The notes: generated by a model from the sequence alone, not told the origin. Positions 31,230 to 42,557 are shown, counted from the stretch's first letter. The stretch: 64,000 nucleotides of DNA from an uncultured delta proteobacterium (GCA_963760795.1 CAVXEP010000020.1:161807-225806), one strand, 5' to 3'. Numbers and translations: made by a program.

Positions 31230-32240
31230 ATGGACTGCACACCCGAGCGCCAGCAACTTTTCGTCGGCGAAGCGGCTGATCTGCGCGCAACGCTGTTATT
31301 GCATTGGAACGAGCTGGGAAACTTGTTTCTCGGCCGCCAACCGACGCACTTTGCTTTTGAAGTTTGCGATGCCGACACGCGCGCGCAACGCGTTCGCAAT
31401 TGATCGCCGAGCACCGGCCGACCATCCAGGCGCTGCAACTGTTGGCCCACGCCGCTCTGCCCAGCGCAATCCCGACACGCTCTGCGGCACCGCAGGATAA
31501 GGCCGGCGCGTTGCCGGCAGCAGCGCAGTGGCCGCGAGCCGCTAAAACCGGCGAAGCCGCCGCCGAGCCGCCGGCGAAATATTTCTCGCGCTCACAATTG
31601 CTGGCTCTAGCGGCACTTTTTATATTCACCACCGGAACATCGGCGTATTTGGGCGTTGTCACCGGACAAAAGATCGCGGCGCAACGGGTAGCGGCATGGA
31701 CACTGGCCGCTAGCGCGCCGGCCGGAACCACCTCACATGGCCGTCGAGGCAGCGCCGACTGCCGCCGGCGGCGACACGGTTTTGGCTCCCAGAACTGCCA
31801 CCAATTCAGTGTCGAAGCGCGTCGATACGTCACGCGCAGCGCCAGCTGGCACAAGACCGCAGCCGATTCAGGCTAGCGCGCCTTCGCCGGACGGCGACGC
31901 CGGCACAACGGTAGCCAAACCGGCGCTGGCGCGCCGCCCCGCTAAAGCCACGCTCACCCAAGACAAATCGCCGGTCATGTCCGCGGCGACCCAAGCACCT
32001 TCGACCCCTGGCTGGTCGGTGCAAATCGCTTCGACCCTGGACGAAAAAGCCGCGCTGAAATTACAAGAAAAACTTAAAACCCAAGGCTACGACGCTTTTA
32101 TCGTTGTCGCCGAGGTCAACTCCGCGCCCTGGTATCGAGTCCGCGTCGGTCGATTCGGCGCCAAGCAAGAGGCCGAATCGACCCGCCAAGTGTTGCAGTC
32201 AAAAGAGAACATTCGCAGCGCTTTCGTCATCGGCAATTGA
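31230..32240 (+). CDS. SPOR-domain membrane protein (FtsN/DedD-like architecture; apparent frameshifts ~31370 and ~31736; start uncertain)
   Basis: TM segment LLALAALFIFTTG..LGVVTG, Ala/Pro linker, C-terminal SPOR WSVQIAS..WYRVRVGRF. Confidence 0.72.
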
Positions 32241-32333
32241 GTTGCGCCAGCGTTTCGGCATCGGCGCTGAAACCGAGCTGCGCCGGGCTGGAGCTTAATA
32301 AACTTTCTGCTTGACACTGCGACCGCGATAACG

Positions 32334-33347
32334 TCACGCCAACGCCGGCATCACCCGGTCGGCGAACAGGCGCATGCTTTTGAGCGCCATTTCCTGAGGC
32401 ATACCGCCAAAATGAAAAGTCCCGGAGAATACCGTGATGCCAGCCTCTTCTTGCCAGCGCCGAATCGTGTCGCCGCAGCGCTCGGGATCGCCGACGATGA
32501 TAAAGCCGCGCGCCATGTCCGAACCGATATCGCGCTCGGTGAGTTTGCGGTTGGGATCGACCGCGGTGTGAATATCGCTGTAGTTCTTCATGAATGGCGC
32601 GGCTTCGCGCATGCCTCGCTCAAAACTATCGGAGACATAAATATGAAACTTGCCGAGCACATCGCGGCCGACGAAGTCATGGCCGGCGCGCGATAATTCG
32701 CCCCGGTACAGGCGCACCAGATCGCGCAAAGCATCGGTGGTCGGATGCACGAACGGCACGGTCATCAAATCGTAGCCGTTGGCGCCGGCACCGCGGAAGG
32801 TCTCCTCGGTGCGCGTCGCGCCGACCCAGATGCGCGGGTGCGGCCGCTGCAAGGGCTTGGGTAAAATATCGACGCCGTCATAATTGTAAAATTCGCCGTG
32901 AAAATTCACCGGCCCGTCGGACCATGCCTGGCGGATAATTTCCGTGCATTCAGTGAAACGTTGGGTCGCTTCGTCGCGATTCATGCCGAATTTGCGGTAC
33001 TCCACCGGCTCGCTGCCCTTGCCGATACCGAAATCCAACCGCCCGCCGGAGATCACATCCGCCATGGCGTAGGCTTCCGCCAGTTGTAGTGGATTGTGCA
33101 GCGGCAACACCGCCACCGCCACGCCCAGACGTATCTTCGCCGTCTTACCGGCGACCGCCGCCAAAAAAGTCGGCGGGTGCGGCAGCGTGCCGCCATACCC
33201 GCCGAAATGATGTTCGGTCACCCAAGCTTGATCGAAGCCAAGCTTTTCCACCTCGATAATCTGCTCGTACATCTGCTGGTAAAAGTCCGGCAGCGCCCCC
33301 TCTACATCCGGCATGTAAGTCGGGAGGATGTGAATGCCAAATTTCAT
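32334..33347 (-). CDS. LLM-class flavin-dependent oxidoreductase
   Basis: EKLGFD..WVTEHHF, GRLDFGIGKG, PKPLQRPHPRIW. Confidence 0.92.
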   Translation of the reverse strand: MKFGIHILPTYMPDVEGALPDFYQQMYEQIIEVEKLGFDQAWVTEHHFGGYGGTLPHPPTFLAAVAGKTAKIRLGVAVAVLPLHNPLQLAEAYAMADVISGGRLDFGIGKGSEPVEYRKFGMNRDEATQRFTECTEIIRQAWSDGPVNFHGEFYNYDGVDILPKPLQRPHPRIWVGATRTEETFRGAGANGYDLMTVPFVHPTTDALRDLVRLYRGELSRAGHDFVGRDVLGKFHIYVSDSFERGMREAAPFMKNYSDIHTAVDPNRKLTERDIGSDMARGFIIVGDPERCGDTIRRWQEEAGITVFSGTFHFGGMPQEMALKSMRLFADRVMPALA

Positions 33348-33379
33348 AGTGTTCCTTTTTCGCCGTAGGGAACAAGGAT

Positions 33380-33711
33380 TTTCACCACGAAGGACACGAA
33401 GATCCGAAGTTCGGAATATTGATTATCCGACCCTGGCGCTGTGATCTCGGGTAATTGTTCCGCTTCGAACTTTGCAACCTCTGCGCGGCTCCAGGTCCTT
33501 CGCGTTTCGCTCAGGACAGCTTTGCGGTTAATTTCCGATTGATCTCTGTGCCCTCAGTCCACCCTCCGTATCGTTGGCCGGCTTGCGCAATTTCTCGATG
33601 TGCCAAAGGCGGTTTCAAACCCGCCCCTACTCCCGATTCTTTTTGCGCCTTGCTTTGCGGCCATTCTTCTTTTCGGTTGCGGCTTCGCCGCGCTGTGTCC
33701 TCTGTGGTGAA
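33380..33711. repeat. Composite intergenic repeat element
   Basis: TTCACCACGAAGG ... GGCGGTTTCAAACCCGCCCCTAC ... TTCGGTTGCGGCTTCGCCGCG ... CTCTGTGGTGAA. Confidence 0.78.
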
Positions 33712-33724
33712 CTAGTTTCTTCGC

Positions 33725-34780
33725 TTATTGCACCAATATTTTTTTCATCTTCGCCAGCACCGCCGGCGGCGTGTTCATGATCGACCGCACCACCTGGGTA
33801 ACTTGTTCGCCGCTGCTGGGGGAGAACTCGATGCGGCTCTTCTTTGCGTCGGCAAGAAACTCGGCGTCGGTGAAGGTCGCGGTAAACGCTCGGCGCAGCG
33901 CCGCCACTCGCTCCCCTGGCACATTGGGATGAACCACATAGGGATTGGTAATCTGCGACGGCGCATGCATGGCGCGCAGCAACTGTTTCGCTTCATCGTT
34001 TTTCGCCAGCGCTTCGGCGGCGGGTACTTGCTTTAAGCGGGGATGGTCCGGCACGCGGTCGCCCATGATCAGAATCGGCTTCAACACGCCGGCGTCGAAC
34101 AGTTGTAGGTGGCGGCCGGTGGTGAGCATCGCCAGCCAACTGGCGCAGTAGCCGTCGACTTCCTTCGCTTCGGCGGCGTTGACGATGTTCGCCACCCCTT
34201 CGAAGCCGCGCACCAGTTTCATTTGTAGATTGTAAGCCGCATTGATGATCGCCGGCGTGTCGTAGATCGTGCTGCCCGGCGCCATGGTGCCGACGGTGAA
34301 CGGCTTGCCGTCAACGATATCCTGGAATGACGCCACCGCGGAATCGCTGCGCGCGACGCATGCGATCGCCGTATTGATGGCGCTGCCGATCCACTGGTAC
34401 TTGGCCGCGTCGAATTGAATTGACGGCGCGCCCATCGCCTGGCGCAATGGAAAAGTTTCCCCGAAAGAACCGATCACCGTGCCGTCTCTGGGTTCCGTAT
34501 TGTAAATCGTGTTGGCGGCGATCAAGCCGCCGGCGCCGGCACGCGATTGCACCAGCATCGCCGGATGGCCAGGGATGAAGCGCCCCATGTGTTTGGCCAA
34601 GAGACGCGAGTAGATGTCATACGTGCCCCCGGGCCCCGATCCGATAACGATGCGAATCTGTTTGCCACGATAGAAATCGGCCGCGGCTTTTTCATCGTGC
34701 TGCGCCGATACCTCTGGTACGCTCCAAAGAATTGTCAACGCTGCGATGAACCGACCCAAGCAACGCCTGCGCTGCGCCAT
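33725..34780 (-). CDS. Bug/TctC family substrate-binding protein
   Basis: PGGTYD, GAGGLIAAN, DGTVIG. Confidence 0.9.
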   Translation of the reverse strand: MAQRRRCLGRFIAALTILWSVPEVSAQHDEKAAADFYRGKQIRIVIGSGPGGTYDIYSRLLAKHMGRFIPGHPAMLVQSRAGAGGLIAANTIYNTEPRDGTVIGSFGETFPLRQAMGAPSIQFDAAKYQWIGSAINTAIACVARSDSAVASFQDIVDGKPFTVGTMAPGSTIYDTPAIINAAYNLQMKLVRGFEGVANIVNAAEAKEVDGYCASWLAMLTTGRHLQLFDAGVLKPILIMGDRVPDHPRLKQVPAAEALAKNDEAKQLLRAMHAPSQITNPYVVHPNVPGERVAALRRAFTATFTDAEFLADAKKSRIEFSPSSGEQVTQVVRSIMNTPPAVLAKMKKILVQ

Positions 34781-34813
34781 GTGCAAGATCCTTTCGAAGC
34801 TCCGCGCGATTTC

Positions 34814-35836
34814 TTAGAAGAGAATGGTCTTCAGCTTGGCGAGCAGAGCGGGGTCGAGCTTGAAGACGCCGTCGACGGTCTTTTTCATTTCATCGACGGT
34901 CACCGGGGCGAGTCCGATCTTGGCTTTGTCCGCCTCGGCGATGAACTCGGGATCCTTCACGGTCTCCTGCAATGCCCTCTGCAGGATCAGCGCGCGATCG
35001 GCCGGTGTGCCCGGCGGCAGGGCTAGAGTCTTGGTGATCTTGCTCGGAAAGTGAATGCCGTACTCGATCAATTGTTTGGCCTCCGCCGTCTTGGCCAGAT
35101 CGATCGCCAGCGGCACTTTGGGCAAATCGGCAAACGCCTTCGGCACGGATTGCAGCACCACGGACACCACGCCTGATTCGAGTGATTTCTGCCAAGTGCC
35201 GCGCATGGAGTCCCAGCCCCAAGTCGTGCCGTCAAGCTCGCCGCTCTCAACCGCCAGGCGCATGTCGGCGGTGCCTTTGTAGCCCGAGATGATTTGCATG
35301 GGCAGATTGAGCGCCACCTTGATGACTTTCAGCACATTGTCGGTGCCGAAAGCGCCCGGCCCGGTGGTGCCCATTTTTAACGGCGTCTTAGCGGCAAACC
35401 AGCGTTCCATATTATTCACGCCGCTCGCCTTGGTCACGGCGATGGCGCTTTCATCCCGTGCCACCGCGCCGACGAAGACAAATTTCTGCATATCGAGCTC
35501 GATGCCCGGCTGGCCCATGACTTGACTGTAAACGAAGCCGCCGCTGAAATGGCCCATGGTCAGCCCGTCGGGTTTGGCGACTTTGAAAATATGATTGGCG
35601 GCAAGCAAGCTACCGGCGCCAGCCATGTTTTCGACCAGAATGGTCGGATGGCCGGGAATATATTTCGGCATCTGCCGCGACAGCATGCGCGCCAAGGCAT
35701 CGTAACCGCCGCCGGGCGAATAGCCGACGATGATGCGGATGGTCTTGCCTTGGAAAAAATCACTTTGCGCCTGCGCTTGAGTTACGGCGAATAGCCAGAC
35801 AATGACGACGATCGCGGTCAGCGCGTTGCGAATCAT
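34814..35836 (-). CDS. Bug/TctC family substrate-binding protein
   Basis: PGGGYD, NMAGAG, PDGLTMG, GYKGTA; GAGGAG RBS. Confidence 0.92.
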   Translation of the reverse strand: MIRNALTAIVVIVWLFAVTQAQAQSDFFQGKTIRIIVGYSPGGGYDALARMLSRQMPKYIPGHPTILVENMAGAGSLLAANHIFKVAKPDGLTMGHFSGGFVYSQVMGQPGIELDMQKFVFVGAVARDESAIAVTKASGVNNMERWFAAKTPLKMGTTGPGAFGTDNVLKVIKVALNLPMQIISGYKGTADMRLAVESGELDGTTWGWDSMRGTWQKSLESGVVSVVLQSVPKAFADLPKVPLAIDLAKTAEAKQLIEYGIHFPSKITKTLALPPGTPADRALILQRALQETVKDPEFIAEADKAKIGLAPVTVDEMKKTVDGVFKLDPALLAKLKTILF

Positions 35837-35925
35837 AGTGCTCTCCTCCTCAACCAAAAATTATTTCCGCCGGATCAACAGGGCCAAAGCTAGTTGAACT
35901 ACCCGCCACCCGTCAAGCGATAACA

Positions 35926-35963
35926 AAATCGCCCCACCTTCGTTGACAAAGGTAGGGCGATTT
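35926..35963. terminator. Hairpin, probable terminator of the minus-strand epimerase gene
   Basis: AAATCGCCC-c-ACCTT-loop-AAGGT-a-GGGCGATTT. Confidence 0.55.
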
Positions 35964-35993
35964 ATCGAGCCTGCTCAACGCCAATGCGCCGAT

Positions 35994-36863
35994 TCAATAC
36001 TTTTGCTCGCGCCCCTCGGGTAGATAATCCTGCCACAGATGGCGCGGCTTGAAGCCAAGCATGCGCCGCGCTTTGGACGAATCGACGCAGCTCCAGTGCG
36101 TGCCGGCGGCTTTTTTGAAGCGCGTGCCCTTGGGCAGATATTTTTTCACCAGCTCGCGCGTCGGTTGGATCATGCAGTTCTTCGCCGCCGAAGCGATGAA
36201 CACTTCGTGGCCTTTGAACTTCGCTTGCAGCGCCAGCCGGCAGGTCATTGCCGCGTCGCGGGCATCGATGTAAGTCCAGAAGCCGCTGGCGCGGGTCGCC
36301 GGGTTGCGCCAGCGGTCGCGAAAACTCTCGTAGGACAGGTCGAAGTTGACGCCGGGAAAACGCAGGCTGCTCACGGTCATGTCGCGCTGCACCGAGACGA
36401 TAGAATCGGCGATCTGCTCGCCCAACACTTTGGACAAGCCATAGGAGTCTTGCGGCGTCGAGGGATGCGCTTCATCGGCCGGTAAATATTCCGGCGCCCA
36501 AAGTTTGCTGGCGTAGATAAACCCGAATGCCGCCGTGCTCGACGCCAGCACGACGCGTTTCACGCCCATATCCGCCGCGCCGCGCAAGACGTTATAGGTC
36601 GCCGACACGTTATTGCTCAGAGTCTCGGCGTCCGGCGCCAGGTTGGGCGCTTGGTAAGCGCCCAAATGAATGATGCCGTAGGCGCCGCGCAGCGCCTCGA
36701 ACAAATCGCCGGCATGGCGCAGGTCCACCTGCCAGCTCATGCACAGCTTCTCCCGCGGCGCGACGCGATCGAGACTGAGCACGCTGTAGCCATGGGCCAA
36801 CAAATCGCGAATGACGAACTGCGCCAACTTGCCACTGCCGCCGGTAACGACAACTTTTTTCAT
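35994..36863 (-). CDS. NAD-dependent epimerase/dehydratase (extended SDR)
   Basis: TGGSGKLA, ASS, YGLSK. Confidence 0.92.
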   Translation of the reverse strand: MKKVVVTGGSGKLAQFVIRDLLAHGYSVLSLDRVAPREKLCMSWQVDLRHAGDLFEALRGAYGIIHLGAYQAPNLAPDAETLSNNVSATYNVLRGAADMGVKRVVLASSTAAFGFIYASKLWAPEYLPADEAHPSTPQDSYGLSKVLGEQIADSIVSVQRDMTVSSLRFPGVNFDLSYESFRDRWRNPATRASGFWTYIDARDAAMTCRLALQAKFKGHEVFIASAAKNCMIQPTRELVKKYLPKGTRFKKAAGTHWSCVDSSKARRMLGFKPRHLWQDYLPEGREQKY

Positions 36864-36870
36864 GGATTTC

Positions 36871-36946
36871 TTTCACCACGAAGGACACGAAGGTTTCGGA
36901 TAATTATTCTTCCGAACTTCGTGCTCTTCGTGTCCTTCGTGATGAA
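36871..36946. repeat. 9-nt-periodic palindromic element (simple form)
   Basis: TTCACCACGAAGGACACGAAG..TTCGGA-loop-TCCGAACTTCGTGCTCTTCGTGTCCTTCGTGATGAA. Confidence 0.8.
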
Positions 36947-36979
36947 TACTCCTCTACACGAAGCCCGGAATATCAAAAT

Positions 36980-37517
36980 CTAGTTCGCCTGATTGATTTT
37001 CCTGATCTCTTCGACCAGCTGCGCGTTGGGCACCAAACCTTCGCCACGCTCCTGAACTTTCTTGTAACGAACGACGCCTTGTTTATCGACAATAAAATAG
37101 GAGCGCTGGGCCAGCTTCGACTGCGGGTTGAGCACGCCGTAGGCTTCGATCGTCTGCAGATTGGGAAAATCGCTCACCAGGGGAAAGTTGAGCTTGAGAA
37201 AGTCGGCAAACGCTTGCTGCGAAAAAATTGCGTTGGCGCTGATGCCGATGATTTCGGCGTTGACCTGCTCAAACTGCCCATAATCATCCCGACTGGATGA
37301 CAGTTCTTGAATTCACGTCGGCGTGAAGTCCAGAACGTAGAACTCGATCAAGACGCTTTTTTTGCCCTGAAAACTGCTGAGCTTGAGTTTGCCGCCTTTA
37401 GTGCTGGGCAATTCGAAATCCGGCGCTTTCTGACCGACCTCCACGGCGGAAGCCGAGCCCGCCATGAAACATGATCAAGGCGGCAATCACAGCGGCCGCA
37501 ACCCGGATTGTTCTCAT
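36980..37517 (-). CDS. Exported peroxiredoxin (AhpC/TSA, AhpE/BCP-like), probable selenoprotein (TGA at 37313-37315); apparent +1 frameshift in signal peptide ~37468
   Basis: Manual translation: VGQKAPDFELP..KLSSFQGKKSVLIEFYVLDFTPT*IQEL..IIGIS..LNFPLVSDF..RSYFIVDKQGVVRY; GGAGG RBS before ATG 37517. Confidence 0.85.
37268..37311 (-). promoter_or_regulatory. Putative bacterial SECIS element
   Basis: Just 3' of the UGA: AACUG-UCAUCC-aguCG loop-GGAUGA-(bulge)-CAGUU. The loop starts 18 nt after UGA and has G in position 2. Confidence 0.65.
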
Positions 37518-37544
37518 GTCAACCTCCACGATTGGCGCCCGCCG

Positions 37545-38576
37545 CTATTTTTTCGGAATCAGAATGTCTTTCAACTTCGCCACCAGCGCCGGGTTCAGAT
37601 CATACAAACCGGCAAAGGTCTTGGCCGTGGTCGGCCCGTCGATCGGCTCCACTTCCAACTGTGACTTATTCGCTTCCGCGACCAACTCACGATCGCGAAA
37701 GGTTTTGACGAAAGCCTGTTGCAGCGCTTGCAGCCGATCCGCCGGCGTCCCCGGTGCGACGGAAAATGGAAACTGGTAGACATGGACGTTATCGGCGACG
37801 CGCAACAGCGTTTTGGCCTCCTCGGTCTTGGCGTAGTTGATCGCCAGCGGAACTTTTTTCAATTCGGGGTGCGATTTGAATGTTGCCTGCAAAACCACGT
37901 GAATCTTGCCCGCTTCCATCTGGCTGCGCCAGGTCACCTTGGTCGCTTGCCACGACGCGCATAGACCGTCGACCTCGCCGCTCTCGACGGCGATGCGCGC
38001 CTCCGCGCCGCCTTTGTAGCCTTCGACCATTTCAAGCGGCAAATTGAGCGCCGCTTTCAAAAGTTTCGGCACGTCGGACAGGCTCGTGCCTGGACCGATG
38101 GATGAAATTTTCATCGGCCGTTTGGCGTTGATCCAGTCGTCCATGGTGCGGATGCCGCTCTGACTATTGAAATGACAAGCGGTGTCGTAGGGGCCGGGTA
38201 TGCCGACCCAGCCGACTTTGCGCCCGTCGATCTTGATCGCGTCGTTGCCCATGACATGCTGGAGGATCAGCGGCGACGCCCAGGCGGCGATCGTGAGGCC
38301 ATCGGGCTTGGCGCGGTTGTAGAGATGATTCGCCGCGATGATGCCGCCCGCGCCCGGCATATTCTCGACGATGCGCGTCGGATTGCCCGGCAGATACTTG
38401 CCGATATGGCGCGCCAGCAACCGCGTGTACTGATCGTAAGTCCCACCCGGCGAGTAGCCGACGATAAACGTCAGCGTCTTGTCTTTATAAATATCCTGCG
38501 CCTGCGCCGTGCCCGAAATAGTTATAGCGATCGTTGCCGCCATACTAAGAAAAAACCATCGAGTCTTGCCGATCAT
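37545..38576 (-). CDS. Bug/TctC family substrate-binding protein
   Basis: PGGTYD, NMPGAGG, PDGLTI, GYKGG. Confidence 0.92.
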   Translation of the reverse strand: MIGKTRWFFLSMAATIAITISGTAQAQDIYKDKTLTFIVGYSPGGTYDQYTRLLARHIGKYLPGNPTRIVENMPGAGGIIAANHLYNRAKPDGLTIAAWASPLILQHVMGNDAIKIDGRKVGWVGIPGPYDTACHFNSQSGIRTMDDWINAKRPMKISSIGPGTSLSDVPKLLKAALNLPLEMVEGYKGGAEARIAVESGEVDGLCASWQATKVTWRSQMEAGKIHVVLQATFKSHPELKKVPLAINYAKTEEAKTLLRVADNVHVYQFPFSVAPGTPADRLQALQQAFVKTFRDRELVAEANKSQLEVEPIDGPTTAKTFAGLYDLNPALVAKLKDILIPKK

Positions 38577-38648
38577 GTTGCCCCCCGTGAATTTACTCTC
38601 TCACCCGAAACCTACTACAACTCCCACCAGCCTGCCATCGCCGTTGCC

Positions 38649-38680
38649 AATTCTGCAATTTGGAATCTGAAATCTGCAAT
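38649..38680. repeat. Degenerate 7-nt tandem repeat (AATCTGn)
   Basis: attctgc aatttgg aatctga aatctgc aat; similar run at 44518-44546. Confidence 0.5.
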
Positions 38681-38776
38681 GCGCCGCGCTCACGCCATCC
38701 AACGCTCCATGCTGGTGAAGCCACACACGCAGTAGCACCGATAGGTCAGCCATACTTCCTCCGTTTCCCGCGCCAA

Positions 38777-39725
38777 CTACTGATTACCGGTCAAACCATC
38801 GATGTTGCCGAACAGTTCTTTCAATCGCTGTTGCACCGGCGCCGGCAACGGCGGCCGCGAAAGCGACTCGACATTGGCCTTGAGATGTTGCGGATTGCCC
38901 GTACCGGTCAAAACGACATCGACTCCCGGCTCGTAACGGCAAAACCGGTAGGCCGCATCCTGAATCGACACCGCCGCGCCATCTTGGGTAACGAAATCCA
39001 ACGGCTCTGCGAGATTCAACGCGCCGGCAGGAATCGCGCCATTGCCGACAAGCTCGGCGCAAAGTTTTTTCAAGCGCTCAGGCTGGCTTAACGCTCGGCG
39101 CAATGCATAGCTAACGAGCAACGCCGACACCGTTGGCCGCGGTCAACGGAAAAATATTTCGGCGCGCGCAGGGATTGAGCAGATTGAATCCCACCATGAT
39201 GACATCCCAGACATTGTCGCGCACAGCGCGCTCGGCCATCCGATGCGACGAGTCGACGACAAACCGTTCGGTAATCCCCACGGCGCGGATTTTCCCCTCG
39301 TCGCGCAGCCGCAGCAGCGTCGGCAAGTGACGCTCGGTGGCATTGGCATAATCCTTCGGCTCAGCGCCGTGGACATGGTAGACATCGACGTAATCGGTGC
39401 CGAGATTTTTCAAGCTCTGTTCGAGCGAGCGACGAATCTCGGTGTCAGGCATCGGATGATCTTCCGGCACGATGTTCTTCTTGGTGGAAATCACCAGCCG
39501 GTCGCGCGCCACGCCGGCAATCGCCTTACCGACCACAACTTCGGTGCCATACCACTCCGCCGTGTCAAAAAAGTTGATGCCAAGATCGATGGCGCCGCGC
39601 ACATGCGCCACCACATCGCTTTCGCTTCGCGTCTTGTCCTTCAACCCCAACCGGCTCGGCCCGCCGCAGCCAAGTCCGGCAACGCTGACTTTCAATCCGG
39701 TGCGACCGAGAATTGTGTAATCCAT
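38777..39725 (-). CDS. Aldo/keto reductase (apparent +1 frameshift ~39120)
   Basis: LGRTGLKVS, GINFFDTAEWYG, LEQSLKNLGTDYVD, GKIRAVG; the C-terminal part is in ORF 38777..39130. Confidence 0.88.
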
Positions 39726-40039
39726 GCAACAGCTTTTCAGCTACGTTTCACGGCGAGCTGTGCTGCCGGGAACCGAACCGCATTGTTCGACGTTGGTGCC
39801 ATTCGGCTCGACAAAGGCGATGCACTCGCCTGCGCTCGTACAGGCATCTGAACACGAAAGGCTAACGCCGTCAATCCCGCGACAGCCGTCGCCACTGATC
39901 CAGCGATCGTTGACGGCCGCATGCCTGCGCTTATAGTGCTGCGACGCAGAGCAGTCAATCGGATCGCGATTGACGGTAGCCACATTACTTTGTTAATGCT
40001 TGGGTCATCAGAGTTACATTAATAATAGGAGGATGAACC

Positions 40040-40540
40040 ATGAGTATCACGCTTGAATCGTTCGCGTCGGATGTGCAGCGCATTCTCAAAGCCGACCCGA
40101 GCCGAGCCGGCCGGGAGAAAGTCCGCGACCTGGTACAGGAGGCTCTCAAAGACGAGAAGTTCATCTCGACCTACATCAACGACAACACCCCCGACCGCCA
40201 AGTGATCTACGAAGATGCCGAACTGGGCTTCTGCGTCTGCGCCCATGTCAATCGCGAAGCGCGCGAGGCCAATCCGCACGATCACGGCAGCTCCTGGGCG
40301 ATCTACGGCCAGGCCTGGGGTGAGACTCAGATGAGCGACTGGGAAGTCCTCGAAGCCGCCGCCGAAGGCCAACCGGGAAAAGTTAAACGCGGCCAGGTCT
40401 ACACGCTCAAACCGGGCATGGCGCATATTTACAACGAAGGCGACGTCCACTCGCCCAAGCGCGTTGCGGCCACCGGCCTCTTGCGCATCGAGGGCAAGAA
40501 CACGACCAAGTTGAAACGCTTCCCGTACAAGGCGGTTTAG
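40040..40540 (+). CDS. Cupin-fold metalloprotein, cysteine dioxygenase-like
   Basis: PHDHGSSWAIYG ... GDVHS three-His motif; AGGAGG RBS. Confidence 0.75.
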   Translation: MSITLESFASDVQRILKADPSRAGREKVRDLVQEALKDEKFISTYINDNTPDRQVIYEDAELGFCVCAHVNREAREANPHDHGSSWAIYGQAWGETQMSDWEVLEAAAEGQPGKVKRGQVYTLKPGMAHIYNEGDVHSPKRVAATGLLRIEGKNTTKLKRFPYKAV

Positions 40541-40550
40541 CCTTGCTGAC

Positions 40551-40592
40551 GGCCTTGGACAAGCCGGCTCTCAGTCTGCTTTGTCCAAGGCC
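40551..40592. repeat. 12-bp inverted repeat, possible terminator
   Basis: GGCCTTGGACAA-N18-TTGTCCAAGGCC, 10 nt after the stop codon. Confidence 0.5.
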
Positions 40593-40706
40593 ATAGTTTT
40601 GCCAACCATCCCCAGCGTTTAGCGGCGGCCGGCCACACTCCGGTAACCGGCGGTACAAGTGCCTACCCGCTCGGTTCGGACGATTTTTTCAGCTACATTA
40701 ACAGAC

Positions 40707-42491
<1,785 letters not shown>

Positions 42492-42496
42492 TTCGC

Positions 42497-42557
42497 TGTC
42501 TCAACTGATACATGGTGAGACACTCGTGAGACAATAAGCTGTTTCATGAGTGTCTCA
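42497..42557. promoter_or_regulatory. Putative upstream activator sequences (six TGAGACA-like heptamers)
   Basis: TGTCTCA 42497, TGATACA 42506, TGAGACA 42516 and 42527, TGTTTCA 42540, TGTCTCA 42551. Confidence 0.6.

Noticed and set aside
30840-31230. Long leader before the SPOR gene as a riboswitch
   Set aside because: Only a promoter-like TTGTCA..TAAT and a short AAGCGACGTT direct repeat; no known aptamer consensus.
15040-37470. Several frameshifts adjoin CATG (pal, EamA, SPOR, peroxiredoxin), suggesting programmed or methylation-linked events
   Set aside because: Most other frameshifts lack CATG, no slippery heptamers are present, and simple base duplication explains them.
39741-39983. 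80-aa Cys-rich ORF upstream of the aldo/keto reductase
   Set aside because: No RBS and no recognisable motif; an equally long overlapping ORF exists in another frame.
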